This document shows positions 1 through 11,698 of a stretch of DNA of 64,000 bases, in pieces. How positions within the stretch are numbered: position 1 is the stretch's first letter; each line of letters starts with the position of its first letter. Made by a program: the position numbers and the translations under genes. The DNA lies in contig NC_043002.1 in the NCBI RefSeq assembly GCF_006345805.1, forward strand, positions 66,216,001 to 66,280,000. Reading direction: 5' to 3'. Source of the stretch: Octopus sinensis. Lineage: Eukaryota. The notes under the pieces were generated by a model. The model was not told the DNA's origin and did no database searches. It worked only from the letters and a program-made list of their open reading frames with translations.

Positions 1-848
1 ACTGTGGCCATACTGGAGCATTGCCTTTAGTCGATCAAATCGACCCCAGGACTTATTCTTTGTAAGCCTAGTACTTATTCTATCGGTCTCCTTTGCTGAA
101 CCGCTAAGTTACGGGGACGTAAACACACCAGCATTGGTTGTCAAGCGATGTTGGGGGGACAAACACAGACACATAAACAGACACACACATATATATATAT
201 ACGACAGGCTTCTTTCAGTTTCCGTCTACCAATTCCACTCACAAGGCTTTGGTCAGCCCGAGGCTATAGTAGAAGACACCTGTCCAAGGTGCCACGCAGT
301 GGGACTGAACCCGGAACCATGTGGTTGGTGAGCAAGCTACTTACCACACAGCCACTCCTACGCCTACTGTGCATATAATATTCATTCTTTAATTACAGCC
401 ACAGATGTGTTTGTGTATTATGCCATCTCACCTTCAACTAACAAGTACACATTAAACTAATGTACTCACACACACAGAGGTGTATTTATTTATCTAAAAC
501 TGAGGTTTCAAGCTACAGCTATTGCAATTATCATATTTCAAGCTATAGCTATTGTGACGCTCGTTCTTCTAAGTAAGCACTGAGTGCTTTATTTACAGTG
601 ATGACTGAATCATACCACCAAAACACTACCAACAACATCTATTTTCCATGCTGGCATGGACCGGATGGTTTGACAGGAACTAGCAAGGCAGAGGGTTGCA
701 CCAGGCTCCACTTGTCTGTTTTGGTATGATTTCTATGGCTGGATGCCCTTCCTAGTGCCCACCACTGTATAGAATGTACTTGGTTTTTTTTTTACATGGG
801 GACCAGCAAAATGGAAAATTCGCTCCAAGACAAATTAAAATAAGTCAC

Positions 849-928
849 CTGTTTTCTTTTGAGAAAATGACTTTGTTTGCACCAAAGTAATATGCACTGC
901 GTAAAATAGCACCAAAGTTCATGGGATC
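849..928 (-). CDS. MRM1: MRM1 coding exon 5 (DPMNFGAILRSAYYFGANKVIFSKEN); gene continues beyond the window start
   Basis: tttcAG acceptor and CAG|GTGACT donor. SPOUT motif 1 (QDP-N-GA-LRSA). Confidence 0.93.
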
Positions 929-1788
929 CTGAAAGTAAAGGAAGACTGGATTAGAAAACAAACCAAAAAGTTAACAAATGAAAACAGAGAAAAATATTTT
1001 TTTATACAAGCGTATTTTTATAATAAGCATAGGAGTGGCTGTTCCGAGTTCAGTCCCACTGCGTGGCACCTTGGGCAAGTGTCTTCTACTATAACCTTGG
1101 GCCAACCAAAGCCTTGTGAGTGGATTTGGTAGACATATATATATATATATATATATATGACAGGCTTCTTTCAGTTTCTGTCTACCAAATCCACTCACAA
1201 GGCTTTGGTTGGCCCAAGGCTATAGTAGAAGACACTTTCTCAAGGTGCCATGCAGTGGGACTGAACCTGGAACAATGTGGCAGGTAAGCAAGCTATTTTA
1301 ATAACTAGTTGTCATCAACAACTCAGGCAATCGACAAACACACACATACTCACTTGACTTGAATCGTTAATTATTCAGTGGGTAGCGAGATAAATAAAAT
1401 GGATCATGGCAAAAAAATCTTTGGAAAACATTGATGTAGATCATTTCCCCACCCTACCCTGTAATCATAAAACCTCGTTTTTTAACCAAAATTTAGTGGT
1501 TCAGAATATATTCAAATACTGATCACATTTCTTTTATTCTTTTACTTGTTTTAGTCATTTGACTGTGGCCATGCTGGAGCACCACCATTAGTTGAGCAAA
1601 TCAACCCCCAGGACTTATTCTTTGTAAGCCTAGTACTTATTCTATCAGTCTGTTTTGCCGAACTGCTAAGTCATGGGGATGTAAACTCACCAACATCAGT
1701 TGTTAAGTGATGTTGTGGGGACAAACACAGACACACAAACATATACTCACACATTTTATATATATATATATATATTTTTATGATTGTA

Positions 1789-2020
1789 AGGTGGCGAGCT
1801 GGCAGAAACGTTAACACGCCGGGTGAAATACTTAGTGGTATTTTGTCTGCCGTTACATTCTGAGTTCAAATTCTGCCGAAGTCGACTTTGCCTTTCATCC
1901 TTTTGGGGCTCGATAAATTAAGTACTAGTTACACACTGGGGTCGATCTAATCGACTTAATCCCTTTGTCTGTCCTTGTTTGTCCCCTCTATGTTTAGCTC
2001 CTTGTGGGCAATAAAGAAAT
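1789..2020 (+). mobile_element. Meta-domain-type SINE (family B). Other copies about 3030-3250, 5640-6075, 7500-7700, 38815-39030, 40390-40760, 41200-41408, 46740-46970, 50745-51150 (mostly minus strand)
   Basis: tRNA-like head (gagctggcagaa...gagttcaaatt) and gcctttcatcc...tcgataaa..agtac Meta-like block. Confidence 0.8.
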
Positions 2021-3316
2021 ATACAGTTAACATGTAAAAACATCCATGCTAGTGCCATGAAAAGAGTACTTGCATGCTGGTGCCACATAAATAGCACCTG
2101 TGCTGGTGTGACAGAAAAAAATACACTCTGTAAAGTGGTTGTCATTAGGAAAGGCATGCAGCTGTAGAAACCATACTAAAACAGACAAGCAGAGCCCAGG
2201 CAGCTCTCCAGCTGACTAGCTCTAGTCAAACCATCCAACACCATGGCAGCATAGAAGATGGATGTTAAATGATGATAATGATGATGAAGTGGAGAGTTGT
2301 GAGATTTTTGTAAGGTGAATGGGAACAATTGATGCACACTGGCTCAATGAAATTACAGAGGAGTGGCTGGCTGATGTTTCCTGCAAGCTATGCATGTGTA
2401 CACATTTTATAACAAGTGCACAAAGGAAAGATGAAATTGAATTTTTAAAATTTGTAACCTATTAGTGAGGGTGTTACAAGATCAAAGTTTTAATTTCTGG
2501 ACTAGACAGTACATTGTGTTCTTAAGCAAAACACTCCACTCCACTTAGCTGTAAATAAGTGACCCTACAATGGACTGGTGTCTCATTCAAGAGGAATGTT
2601 ATGATCTTGGTCACTTATATGCCAAGGAAATGGGTAACTAACCCTATGAGTCCTGGCACATGAGAGAGTACTTTACGTTTTTATAACAGTCGAGCATGAT
2701 CATTGCCAGTGCCACTGGACTGGTTCCTGTGCAGGTAGCACGTAAAAAACACATTTTGAGCATGAGAACTGCCTAACTGGCCTCCATGCCTGTGGCACGT
2801 AAAAGCACCCACTACACTCTTGGTGTGGTTGGCGTTAGGAAGGGCACCCAGCTGTAGCAACTTTGCTAGATCAGATTGAGCCTGGTGCAGCCTCTGGCTC
2901 ATCAGTCCTCAGTCAAACCGTCCATCCCATGCCAGCATGGAAAGCAGACGTTAAACGATGATGATGGATGTGAACATATACTTTGTACCAACAGAAAAAA
3001 ATATCACGGAACATTGGTGGTGGATGATATAAATATTGGTTTCAAATTCTGGCACAAGGCCAGCAGTTTTTGGGAGGGGTTAAATTGATTAAATTGACCC
3101 CAGTGCTCAAATAGTACATATTTTATTGACTCTGAAAGGATGAGAGGCAAAGTCAACCCTGGTGAAATTAGAACACAAAACATGAAGACAAACAAAATGC
3201 TGCTAAATGTTTTGCCAATGCATGTTAATAATTCTGCCAGCTCACTGCTGCCTTGGTGGGTAATATAAATATTGACAATAAGGATGTTGGAAAGAAAGCG
3301 AAAGTACTTAACAAAC

Positions 3317-3389
3317 CTGAACTTGATAAAGAACCAAGAATAACTGCTGCTCAGATGATTTCTTTTCAGTTTCTTGTAAACATAATTGA
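3317..3389 (-). CDS. MRM1: MRM1 coding exon 4 (SQLCLQETEKKSSEQQLFLVLYQVQ)
   Basis: gaacAG acceptor and CAG|GTTTGT donor. 73 nt, phase 2 in and 0 out; the LVL..VQ end joins DPMNFG in the next exon. Confidence 0.87.
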
Positions 3390-4225
3390 CTGTTCAATAA
3401 AGAAATAAATTAAGTAATTAAATATAGAAAATAGACAACCACTCCTAAAAATATTTTTGTTCAATGAACAGAAACAGGGCCTCCATGCACTGCACAATCG
3501 ATTTCACCTAAGACAGTCAAGATACCAGATAAAATGCCATACACTTTTCAGATTTACTCAGTCTAAATAGAGTTTGGATTCTGGTAATAGTTAGTTTAAT
3601 TTTTTATCCATCATGAACATTTGAAGCTGTGACCAAAAATAAATCTGGCATTAAGAAAGAACAACAATCCTATTACAAAAGTCATACAAAGGATAAAGTA
3701 AAAATATATGTAATATGAGCATGGCTCAGTGGATGTTGTGTACTTGAGCAAGACACTTTATTTCAAGTTGCTCCAGTTCACTCAGTTGTAGACATGAGTT
3801 GTGATGTCCACTGCTGCTAAGCTGTATTGGCCTTTGCCTTTCTCTTGGACAACATTGATGGTGTGGGTCGGTGAGACTGTTGGTCTTTTACAAACAACCT
3901 TGCCTGGACTTGCAGAGCCTAGAAGGGGAATTTTCTAGGTGCAATCCTATGGTCATTTGTGACCAAAGGGGGACTTTTACATATGCAACTGTCATTATCA
4001 TCTTGGCATGGATTGGACAGGTTCTCACAATTCTTCATTACCTAACATATACATCAACAGAGAGAGAGAGAGAAAGGATATGTGTGTGCAGGTGAATGCA
4101 GGTGTGAGCAATCTATTGTTTCCTTAAAACAGCCTCTGATTATGGGAAAGCTCCAAACTTTCAGTTTCTACTCTGAGGCATTGCACTTGTATTACACCAA
4201 GGAAATGTGAGTCTTTTGTAAATAG

Positions 4226-4720
4226 ATGTGTGTCAAAAAACGCTTGAGTTTGAAATCTGTATGGAAGTCGGACCTTCATAAAGATCTGAAGATCTGTCTC
4301 TTCATTGCTGAAGTGGAGTCTGTGCTGTTGTACAGGTTTGAGGCTTGGATGCTAACCAAGAAACTCACTCAGATGATGGATGGGTGCTACACAAGAATGC
4401 CGAGGATGGCTCTGAACATTAATCAGTGTACATTGAGGATGAAGAACTCAGAGCTGTACGAGAGCCTCCCAAAAGTTAGCTTGAAAATAACACAAAGACT
4501 GGGGTGAGCTGGACATGGCCACCATCATTCAGAGTTGATACGGCACTCAGTGCTCTTGTGGGAGCCCCTACATGGACACACTAGAAGAGGGAGACCGAGG
4601 ATGACATATGTTGATGCCCTAAGGACAGACACTGGTCTCTGGGAGACGCAGATCACGACAGCAATGATGAGGGACAAGGACTGGTGGAGAGAACTCGTCC
4701 ATGGACCTCAGGAATTTTAC
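4226..4720 (+). mobile_element. RTE-like LINE 3' fragment, decayed, in an MRM1 intron
   Basis: ESVLLY..EAW.LT, DGCYTRM.R.ALNI and RRGRPRMTYVD..R.D are typical RTE ORF C-terminal motifs; frame is disrupted. Confidence 0.85.
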
Positions 4721-4882
4721 CCATCCTTGATAGGTAGAAATAAGCTCCTGATGGTAAAATGGTTCTGTATGGCAATGAAGAGGTTGCCTTACAGGTGGGT
4801 GAGATGTGACACAGGAAAACAGGCAAATGACAAATGTCTACAAATAAATCAATAAAAAGGTGTATTGATCGAATTAAATTAC

Positions 4883-4941
4883 CTGAATGTTTCTGGCTTC
4901 AGTTCCTCCATCTTAAGATAAGACACATCCATACATACACC
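4883..4941 (-). CDS. MRM1: MRM1 coding exon 3 (GVCMDVSYLKMEELKPETF)
   Basis: cccAG acceptor and CAG|GTAATT donor. Completes the HQGVC motif; phase 0 in, phase 2 out. Confidence 0.9.
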
Positions 4942-5049
4942 CTGGGGGAAATTAAAAAAATAGGAATAAGATGTTAAGAAAAATATAAAAAGAATAACTT
5001 AAGGTGTATGAAGCAGTGTTGAACAAAACATATACACGTACAATCATAT

Positions 5050-5244
5050 TTAACCCTTTCGTTACCAACACAGCTGAAACTGGCTCTGGCCCTGTAGTAC
5101 AAATGTCTTGTTTCCATAAGTTTTGAATTAATGTTCCTAATACCAGCTTAATGATAACTAAGTTATTTTACAAAATTCTGTTATATCTAAAATAATTGAG
5201 AGAAATACAGAGCATCTCAAAATAAATAGAGTAACGAAAGGGTT
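5050..5244. mobile_element. piggyBac-like MITE; related inverted copy at 33677-33888
   Basis: ttaaccctttcgttac...gtaacgaaagggtt TIRs. Confidence 0.7.
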
Positions 5245-6146
5245 GGCGCCTCGTGCCAGTGGAATGTAAAAAGGACCATCTGAACATGGCCGATGCCAGT
5301 GCCGCCTTGACCATGTGGATATGTTGAAGGTTAAGGTTGCAAGACACAACGAAGATCTTAGGAAAAATAAATAAGTAAATGAGTGGAAACTTTACTGGTG
5401 AGTGTTTTAAATAATAAGGCATTAAAAGAGAATGACTCTCCCCAGATTCAACAAAATATGCTTCAACACACAAACTCACATAAAGAATCTAGCAAACCAA
5501 ATCCAAAAACGAAGTTGACATTTTTATTTTTGCCAAAAGTTTTAGGGATATTTAGTGAAATGGTTGCAACTTGCAAACTGACATTAATTTTCTGTAGTTC
5601 CAAGCTTCATTATTTCATTAATGATAATAATAATTGTTTAAAATTTTGGCATAAGGCCAATAATTTTAGTGGATGGAGATTAGTCAAATATACTAACCTC
5701 AGTACATGACTGGTACTCTATTTTATCAACCCCAAAAGAATGGAAAGCAAAGTTGATCTTGGCAGTATTTGAATTCAGAATGGAAAAAGCCAGAAGAAGT
5801 GCCACCAAGCAAATTGTCTGAGATGCTAATGATCTTGCCAGCTCACCATTTTATAAAAACAATTCAGTCTAATTTTGGAAGAAGGTCACCAATTTTGAGA
5901 GTAAGAGACAAGTCAATTTCATTGACCCCATTATTTGACTGGTGCTATACCTTATCGACCCCAAAAGGATGAAAAGGCAAAGTCGACCTCAGTGGAATTT
6001 GAACTCAGAATGTAAAGACAAGAAATGTTGCTAAGCATTTTGTTTTACATGCTAATGATTCTGCCAGCTTGCAGCCTAGATGATAATAATAACAATAACG
6101 AAGATGATAACTGGGGGCACAAAAATCAAAAGTTGATGAAGCTTAC

Positions 6147-6384
6147 CTGGTGAGGCCGTGAACCAGACAATTTATCCAATTCTTCTTTATGAAATGCAGT
6201 CACTGTGATATTGCGTTCAATACCAAGGGAGATAATCTGCTGCAGCAGTTCAGACCGTTGTCCTGAAGATTTTTGTATATAGAGTTTGTGACAGGCACGA
6301 CTGTTTTTCTTCAGTGCAAGCAGGACAGGATGAATTCCATACAAGATCTCACCAATAAGTTTTACATTGGAGCTAAAGTTTTTT
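6147..6384 (-). CDS. MRM1: MRM1 coding exon 2 (KNFSSNVKLIGEILYGIHPVLLALKK...ELDKLSGSRPHQ)
   Basis: ttttacAG acceptor and CAG|GTAAGC donor. The E-LYG-HPV-AL and RPHQ(G) motifs match the SpoU/RlmB substrate-binding domain. Confidence 0.92.
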
Positions 6385-6662
6385 CTGTAAAACAAAATAG
6401 ATATAAAAAAAAAATAGATATAATTTTTTCCATAATCATTATCATCATCATCATTTAACAATCATCCATACTCGCATGGGTTGGACAGTTTGACCAGGGC
6501 TGGCAAGCTGGGAGACTGCACCAGATTCCATTCTGATTCGGCAAGGTTTCTACAGCTGAACTCCCTTCCAAACACCAACCACTCCAAGAGTGTAACAAGT
6601 ACTTTTACATGCCACTGGCACAGGTGCCATCTGCATGACACCAGTACCTGCCACGACTGCGT

Positions 6663-6779
6663 TTAACCTTTAACACACAGTAGGCGCATCATGTCACTGT
6701 ACGAGTTATCTGTCCCCTGTAGCAACAGGGCAGTGCCAGGGAAACAACTCTAGAGAAAATGCAGTGTGCTAAAGGTTAA
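6663..6779. mobile_element. 117-bp TTAA-flanked MITE (piggyBac-like)
   Basis: TTAAcctttaacacac...gtgtgctaaaggTTAA, one mismatch between the TIRs. Confidence 0.7.
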
Positions 6780-7045
6780 GAAAGAAGCTAAATGGCACTC
6801 TGCTAAACAAATATGTATGTAAAGTTTTAACAATAATTACAACAATAGTTATAGTTTCAAATTTTGGTGCATTGATCCTAGTGATTAACTGGGACATATA
6901 TAAAATCTAATAGGTTGAAAGACAAAGCTAACCTAGGTAGAATTTGAACTCAGGACACAACATAAAGCCAGAAGAAATACCACTAAGTAATTTGTTCAGC
7001 ACTTTACCAATTCTACAGCTCACTACCATAATGATAATAATAATA

Positions 7046-7400
7046 ACACTCAGAGAGTGCAAACCTCTGCCAACGCAACACTAACGTCCTCTTAACGATT
7101 AGCCAGAGATGATTTTTAAAATGAGAATATCTGAAATAAACTCAACTGCTCTCACAAACGAAAATACTAAAAATGAACCCAACCGATCTCAAAAATTAAG
7201 TAAAAAAACAGGAAAAATAATCCAGAATCCTTGTCCGGTACTGGATCAATCTCCAAATCTAATCAGTTCATGCCAGTCATAAGGCCAAACATCCCTGAAA
7301 GTTTCATCTGAATTCATCCAGTAGTTCTTGAGGTATCTTGTCCATGGATAAACAAACAAACACGACTGAAAACAATACCTTCGCCAAGGCGGAGGTAATA
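7046..7400. mobile_element. Non-autonomous Helentron-like element
   Basis: Subterminal inverted motifs acctctgccaa / ccttcgccaaggcggaggt; gaaagtttcat..aattcatcc block and (caaa)n. Confidence 0.45.
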
Positions 7401-8014
7401 ATAATAATTTGAACTCAGAAAGTAAAGATGAGTGAAATGTTGCTAAGCATTCCACCCAGTTTGCTAACGATTCTGCCAGCTCGCCACCTTAATAATAATA
7501 AAGCTTTCTACTAAATTTGAGGATAGGGGCTAAGTCGATTACATAAAGTCCAGTGTTTCACTGGTACTTAATTTATTGACCCTGAAAGGATAAAATTCAA
7601 AGTCGACCCAAGCAGATTTTGAACTCAGAACATAAAGATGGATGAAATACCACTAAGCATTTCACCTGGTTTGCTAATGATTCTGCCAGCTCACCAATTG
7701 AAGATAAAAGAAAAAAATTTTAAATAAAACCCATTAAAAAATAGATTTTTTTTCCCCCATCAACCAAAAACATCCTCATTGAATACTTTGGAGAAAGGGT
7801 TAAAGATGGTTGTTATTCCTATCAAAAATTAAGGACACGAGCAGAATAAGTGGAGTGAAGAAGTAATGACATCTCACCTTACAAAGGGAATTATATCTCT
7901 CAATCCACAGGACTCACAACTACAAATATGATTTGAGTGTAACAGAATAACATTCCAGAAGTAGAAAAGAAAAAGCTGTAAAATGATAAAAATAAAAAAG
8001 TGGAAAGAAATTAC

Positions 8015-8214
8015 CTTCTCTTGCGTTTCCCCTCTCCTGGAAGATTATAGTTGTAATCTGGTAATGAAGACTTGTTAGAGAAATTGGAGGAAAATATCAC
8101 ATTCTTTACTTTGGTAAGCAGCAATTGTGTTTGCCTTAAATGGAAAAAATTAGTATTTTTCTCTCCAACAAGACGACTGCAACGGACAAATTGAAGCGGT
8201 AACTGGTAGGACAT
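8015..8214 (-). CDS. MRM1: Mitochondrial rRNA methyltransferase 1, first coding exon (MSYQLPLQFVRCSRL...GEGKRKR), presequence-like
   Basis: ATG at 8214 inside an exon with a tttgcAG acceptor (8245-8244). The AAG|GTAA donor leaves phase 2, which matches the next exon (AG+A=R). Confidence 0.8.
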
Positions 8215-11144
8215 TTTTAGGAGAAATTCTATAGCTTATTTTCCTGCAAATGGAAAAAAATAAAATAAGCATTTGACAAGAGACAAAGTGTAAATGATAA
8301 AAAAATTCATTTCAAACATAGGTACAACTTAGGAGGATAAAAATAATTGATTAAATCAATTTCAATATTTGACTAGTTGATTAGCATTAATTTTATCAAC
8401 CTCATTACCAGCATGGAGAACAGAGGTGATTGATGATGATGCTCAGAAGGATAAAAGATAAACTACTCTCCCTCCCTTTATTTTACATTCTATGGTTCAC
8501 AGAATCCACCAAATTGATGCTCTCTTTCTCTTACCTCTATAGATTCTACAACATTCTTCCTACTGCATAATCTCAGTTTGATAGTGGCTGGTTGATTTCT
8601 CTAGTCATGCTTTACAACATACAGAGAGAAGTGGGGAGAGAAAGTAAAAACAAGACAGAGAGAAAATTAACATAAAAAGATGCAGGATGAATGTCATAAC
8701 TTTCTGGAAAATACATGTTTGTAAATGAAATTTTGCAGGCACAGGTTTTCAATGGAAAAGATTGTGAATATGTTTATAAAAATTAGGATAGTAATAACAT
8801 GTTTAATGAAAAAATTAGCTTTTTTTTTTAATCTTAAGATTATAAATATATTTCTTTTGAAAATTAGTATTCCTTTCCTCATTTTGTATAAGCATGAAGA
8901 AATTCGATAAAAGTTGAAGTATTGTATCATCATTAAACGTCCTTGTTCCATGCTGGCATGGGTTGGATGGCAGACGGACAATTGTGTGGTGGTGCAAAGT
9001 CCTGTTGCCAGACATAGGGTGTTCCAGCAGTCACCCTCTTGATCCAGGGCAACACAACCTCCTTCAGGCACTTGATGTAGGCCTACATGTTGAGCCTGGG
9101 GCCGTGTGGTAATTGTCTGTACACGGATAGTTTGACAAGATCCGATGTTTCTAAGAGCATTGAGCTCTAAGGTCAGCTTTGGCATAGATTTTGCAGCTGG
9201 ATGCCCTTCCTAACACCAACCACTTTACAGTGTGGATGGGGTACCTTATTTCTTGTCATCTTCCCTAATTGAGGTCACCATACAGTTCACTAACTACTGA
9301 AGGGGAGACTGTATGGGAAGGTAGATGAGGGGTGGGAGGCAGACTGCCAAAATGAATAGGGTTGAATGGTGGATGAAACAAGAACCACGAGAAGGGGAAA
9401 ATAGAGAGATGCAGTATAGGGGCAGTAAGCAGCAGGAGTAGTAACGAAAATATAGTTCGTAGGGGATGGGGAAGGACAAGCGCCGCCCCGACTGGCTTCT
9501 GTGCCGGTGGCACATAAAAAGCACCATGCGAACGTGGCCGTTGCTAGCGCCGCCTTGGCTGGCTTCCGTGCCGGAGGCACGTTAAAAGCTCCAACCGATC
9601 AGTGGTTGGCGTTAGGAAGGGCATCCAGCTGTAGAAACTCTGCCAGATCAGACTGGAGCCTGGTGCAGCCCCTAGCTTCCCAGACCCCGGTCGAACCGTC
9701 CAACTCGTGCTAGCGCGGAAAACGGACGTTAAACGATGATGATGATGATGAGTACTCTGTGGAGCTGGTGGGAGCAGAGGGAAGAGGCTGATAATGTATG
9801 AGGCAGGGGAACCCAAAACATAACACTTCTACAACTCAGTTTTGCGTCAGTCATTTTGAGAACTTCACATCGTCAAAAATCCTGGTCCTTTGTCATCTCA
9901 TACGTCAGGTTTGGGGTCCTGAGGTTACCCTTCACCACTTCATCCATCTCTTCTCTTCCCACAGGTTCCAGCCACATTAAGTGAATGACACGTCTTTATA
10001 AAGCTGTCCTCATCCATACACACCGTGTCCATACCAGTGGAGTCTTCTTGTGCACATTTGATTCCTCTTAGACTCAGTTTTCTTATCAGCACCTTTGTAC
10101 TAATTCTTTCACACACTCTCACATTGCACATTCAATGGAACATGCTTGCTTCATTTCTTTCCACTCTGCTTAAAGTGCCACATACTGGAACTGAGCCCAA
10201 ATCCAAAAGGTTGGAAAGCAAGCTTCTCAATCATACAACTATGCCTACACCTGTTTGAATTATATATTTTAAACGGAGGAGATCATAGTTTTGTAAACAA
10301 TTTTTTTAATTATAAATTAAAGTTTCACCGATGCTTTACAGATTCTGTTAATCCGCTATCTTATTCGTGACAGCATTTCCGAAAGCCAGCTCCAATGTAT
10401 CTTTTTCCTATTAAGTGTGGTTTGAGGGAAATTTAGTTGTTATTGTTCGTAGGTCGAGCGACCTTGCAATGGTTTTCTTGCGGGTTCTTAGCTGTCGATG
10501 TGTGTGAATGTATCAAAACCGCAAAACGTACATCTCAACAGAAAATACAAACAGCACTGAATAGTGAAGAGGTGGGAATAAAAATAAAAGAAAAAACTTA
10601 TGCAGGTAAACGTTGTCAAAATGCTAAGGAAAACTTAAAGGAAGCACGTGTTTTCAAATTGATAGAAGCAATAAAAAATACACAAAATTACAGAAAGAAT
10701 ATAATTGCACGTCAAATTTTTCATACTCCTATTTCGTATTTTTTTCGACGTCAAGCCAAAGGACAACATGAAAGCCACACAATTCCTTCGAAGAGTTCGA
10801 TTCCTCGTGTGACATTGAATGTTTAGGTATTTAAGTTGGCCTTGGCGGAGTAATGGGAATAAAATCCCTCGTATAATTTTTGTGATAACCAGCATGCAAG
10901 GGAAACAACTCTTAGAGAGTCAAGACTATTGAAAAGGTTGCCAGACGCAACGAAAATTTTAGGAAAATAAAAATAAGAAATAAGTGGAAATTTTACCGGT
11001 GTGTGTGTTACATTATCAGGCACAAAAAGAAAATGACTCTCCCCAGACACAACAGAATGTGCTTTAACACTCGAACTCATATAAAGAATCTTACAAACCA
11101 AATACAAAAACGAAACTTTTGGAAATTTTATATTATAACAAAAT

Positions 11145-11580
11145 TGCGATTGCAGCGTGAATTAGACGCTGGAATTGCAAAAGCTGGCAAAATAATGCGC
11201 TGGCTCCAGCATTTGACCCCCAGAAGCGAAAGGGTATTAAAAAAAAAAAAAAGAATCAAACTCGCAATCTTCAGTTCGGTTTTCGTCCCTATTTTCACCT
11301 GTAGTCATAAAAGTTGGGCTAATGATCAAACGATTACGATCACGAACACAAGCGGTCGAAATGGAATTCTTCCGAAGCATGTCTAGAGTAAGGTTACTCG
11401 ACGAGGTGCGTAGCTGGGATATGAGAGAGTCTCTCCAGATCGAACCACGGCTTCTCTGCATTGGAAAGTCACAGCTCCGATAATACTGATACGAAATTAG
11501 AATATCGCAGGCAAGAATTCTTCAAGCCGTGCCAACTGATAGGAGACCTAAGGGTAGACCAAGAACGACATAGTTGGATA
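11145..11580 (+). mobile_element. RTE-like LINE 3' fragment
   Basis: ELDAGIAKAGKIMR, KLAIFSSVFVPIFT...SW and RRPKGRPRT motifs; similar to 54140-54450. Confidence 0.75.
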
Positions 11581-11661
11581 AAGAATAAAAAGTTCTGAGT
11601 GGTATAACAATGCTCTATAATACAGACAATGGGCTTTATACCTTTAGTCGTCCATAGTCTG

Positions 11662-11698
11662 ATATGATATTTCGGAATAATATTCCTTCTTCAGATAT
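11662..11698 (-). ncRNA. Minimal type-I hammerhead ribozyme motif, intact core
   Basis: Minus strand reads atat-CTGAAGA-A-GGAAT att ATTCC-GAAA-TATC-atat. Confidence 0.65.

Noticed and set aside
10437-10826. 129-aa plus-strand ORF upstream of MRM1
   Set aside because: No ATG start and no recognisable domain; more likely part of the MRM1 promoter/5'UTR region, whose first exon could not be placed.
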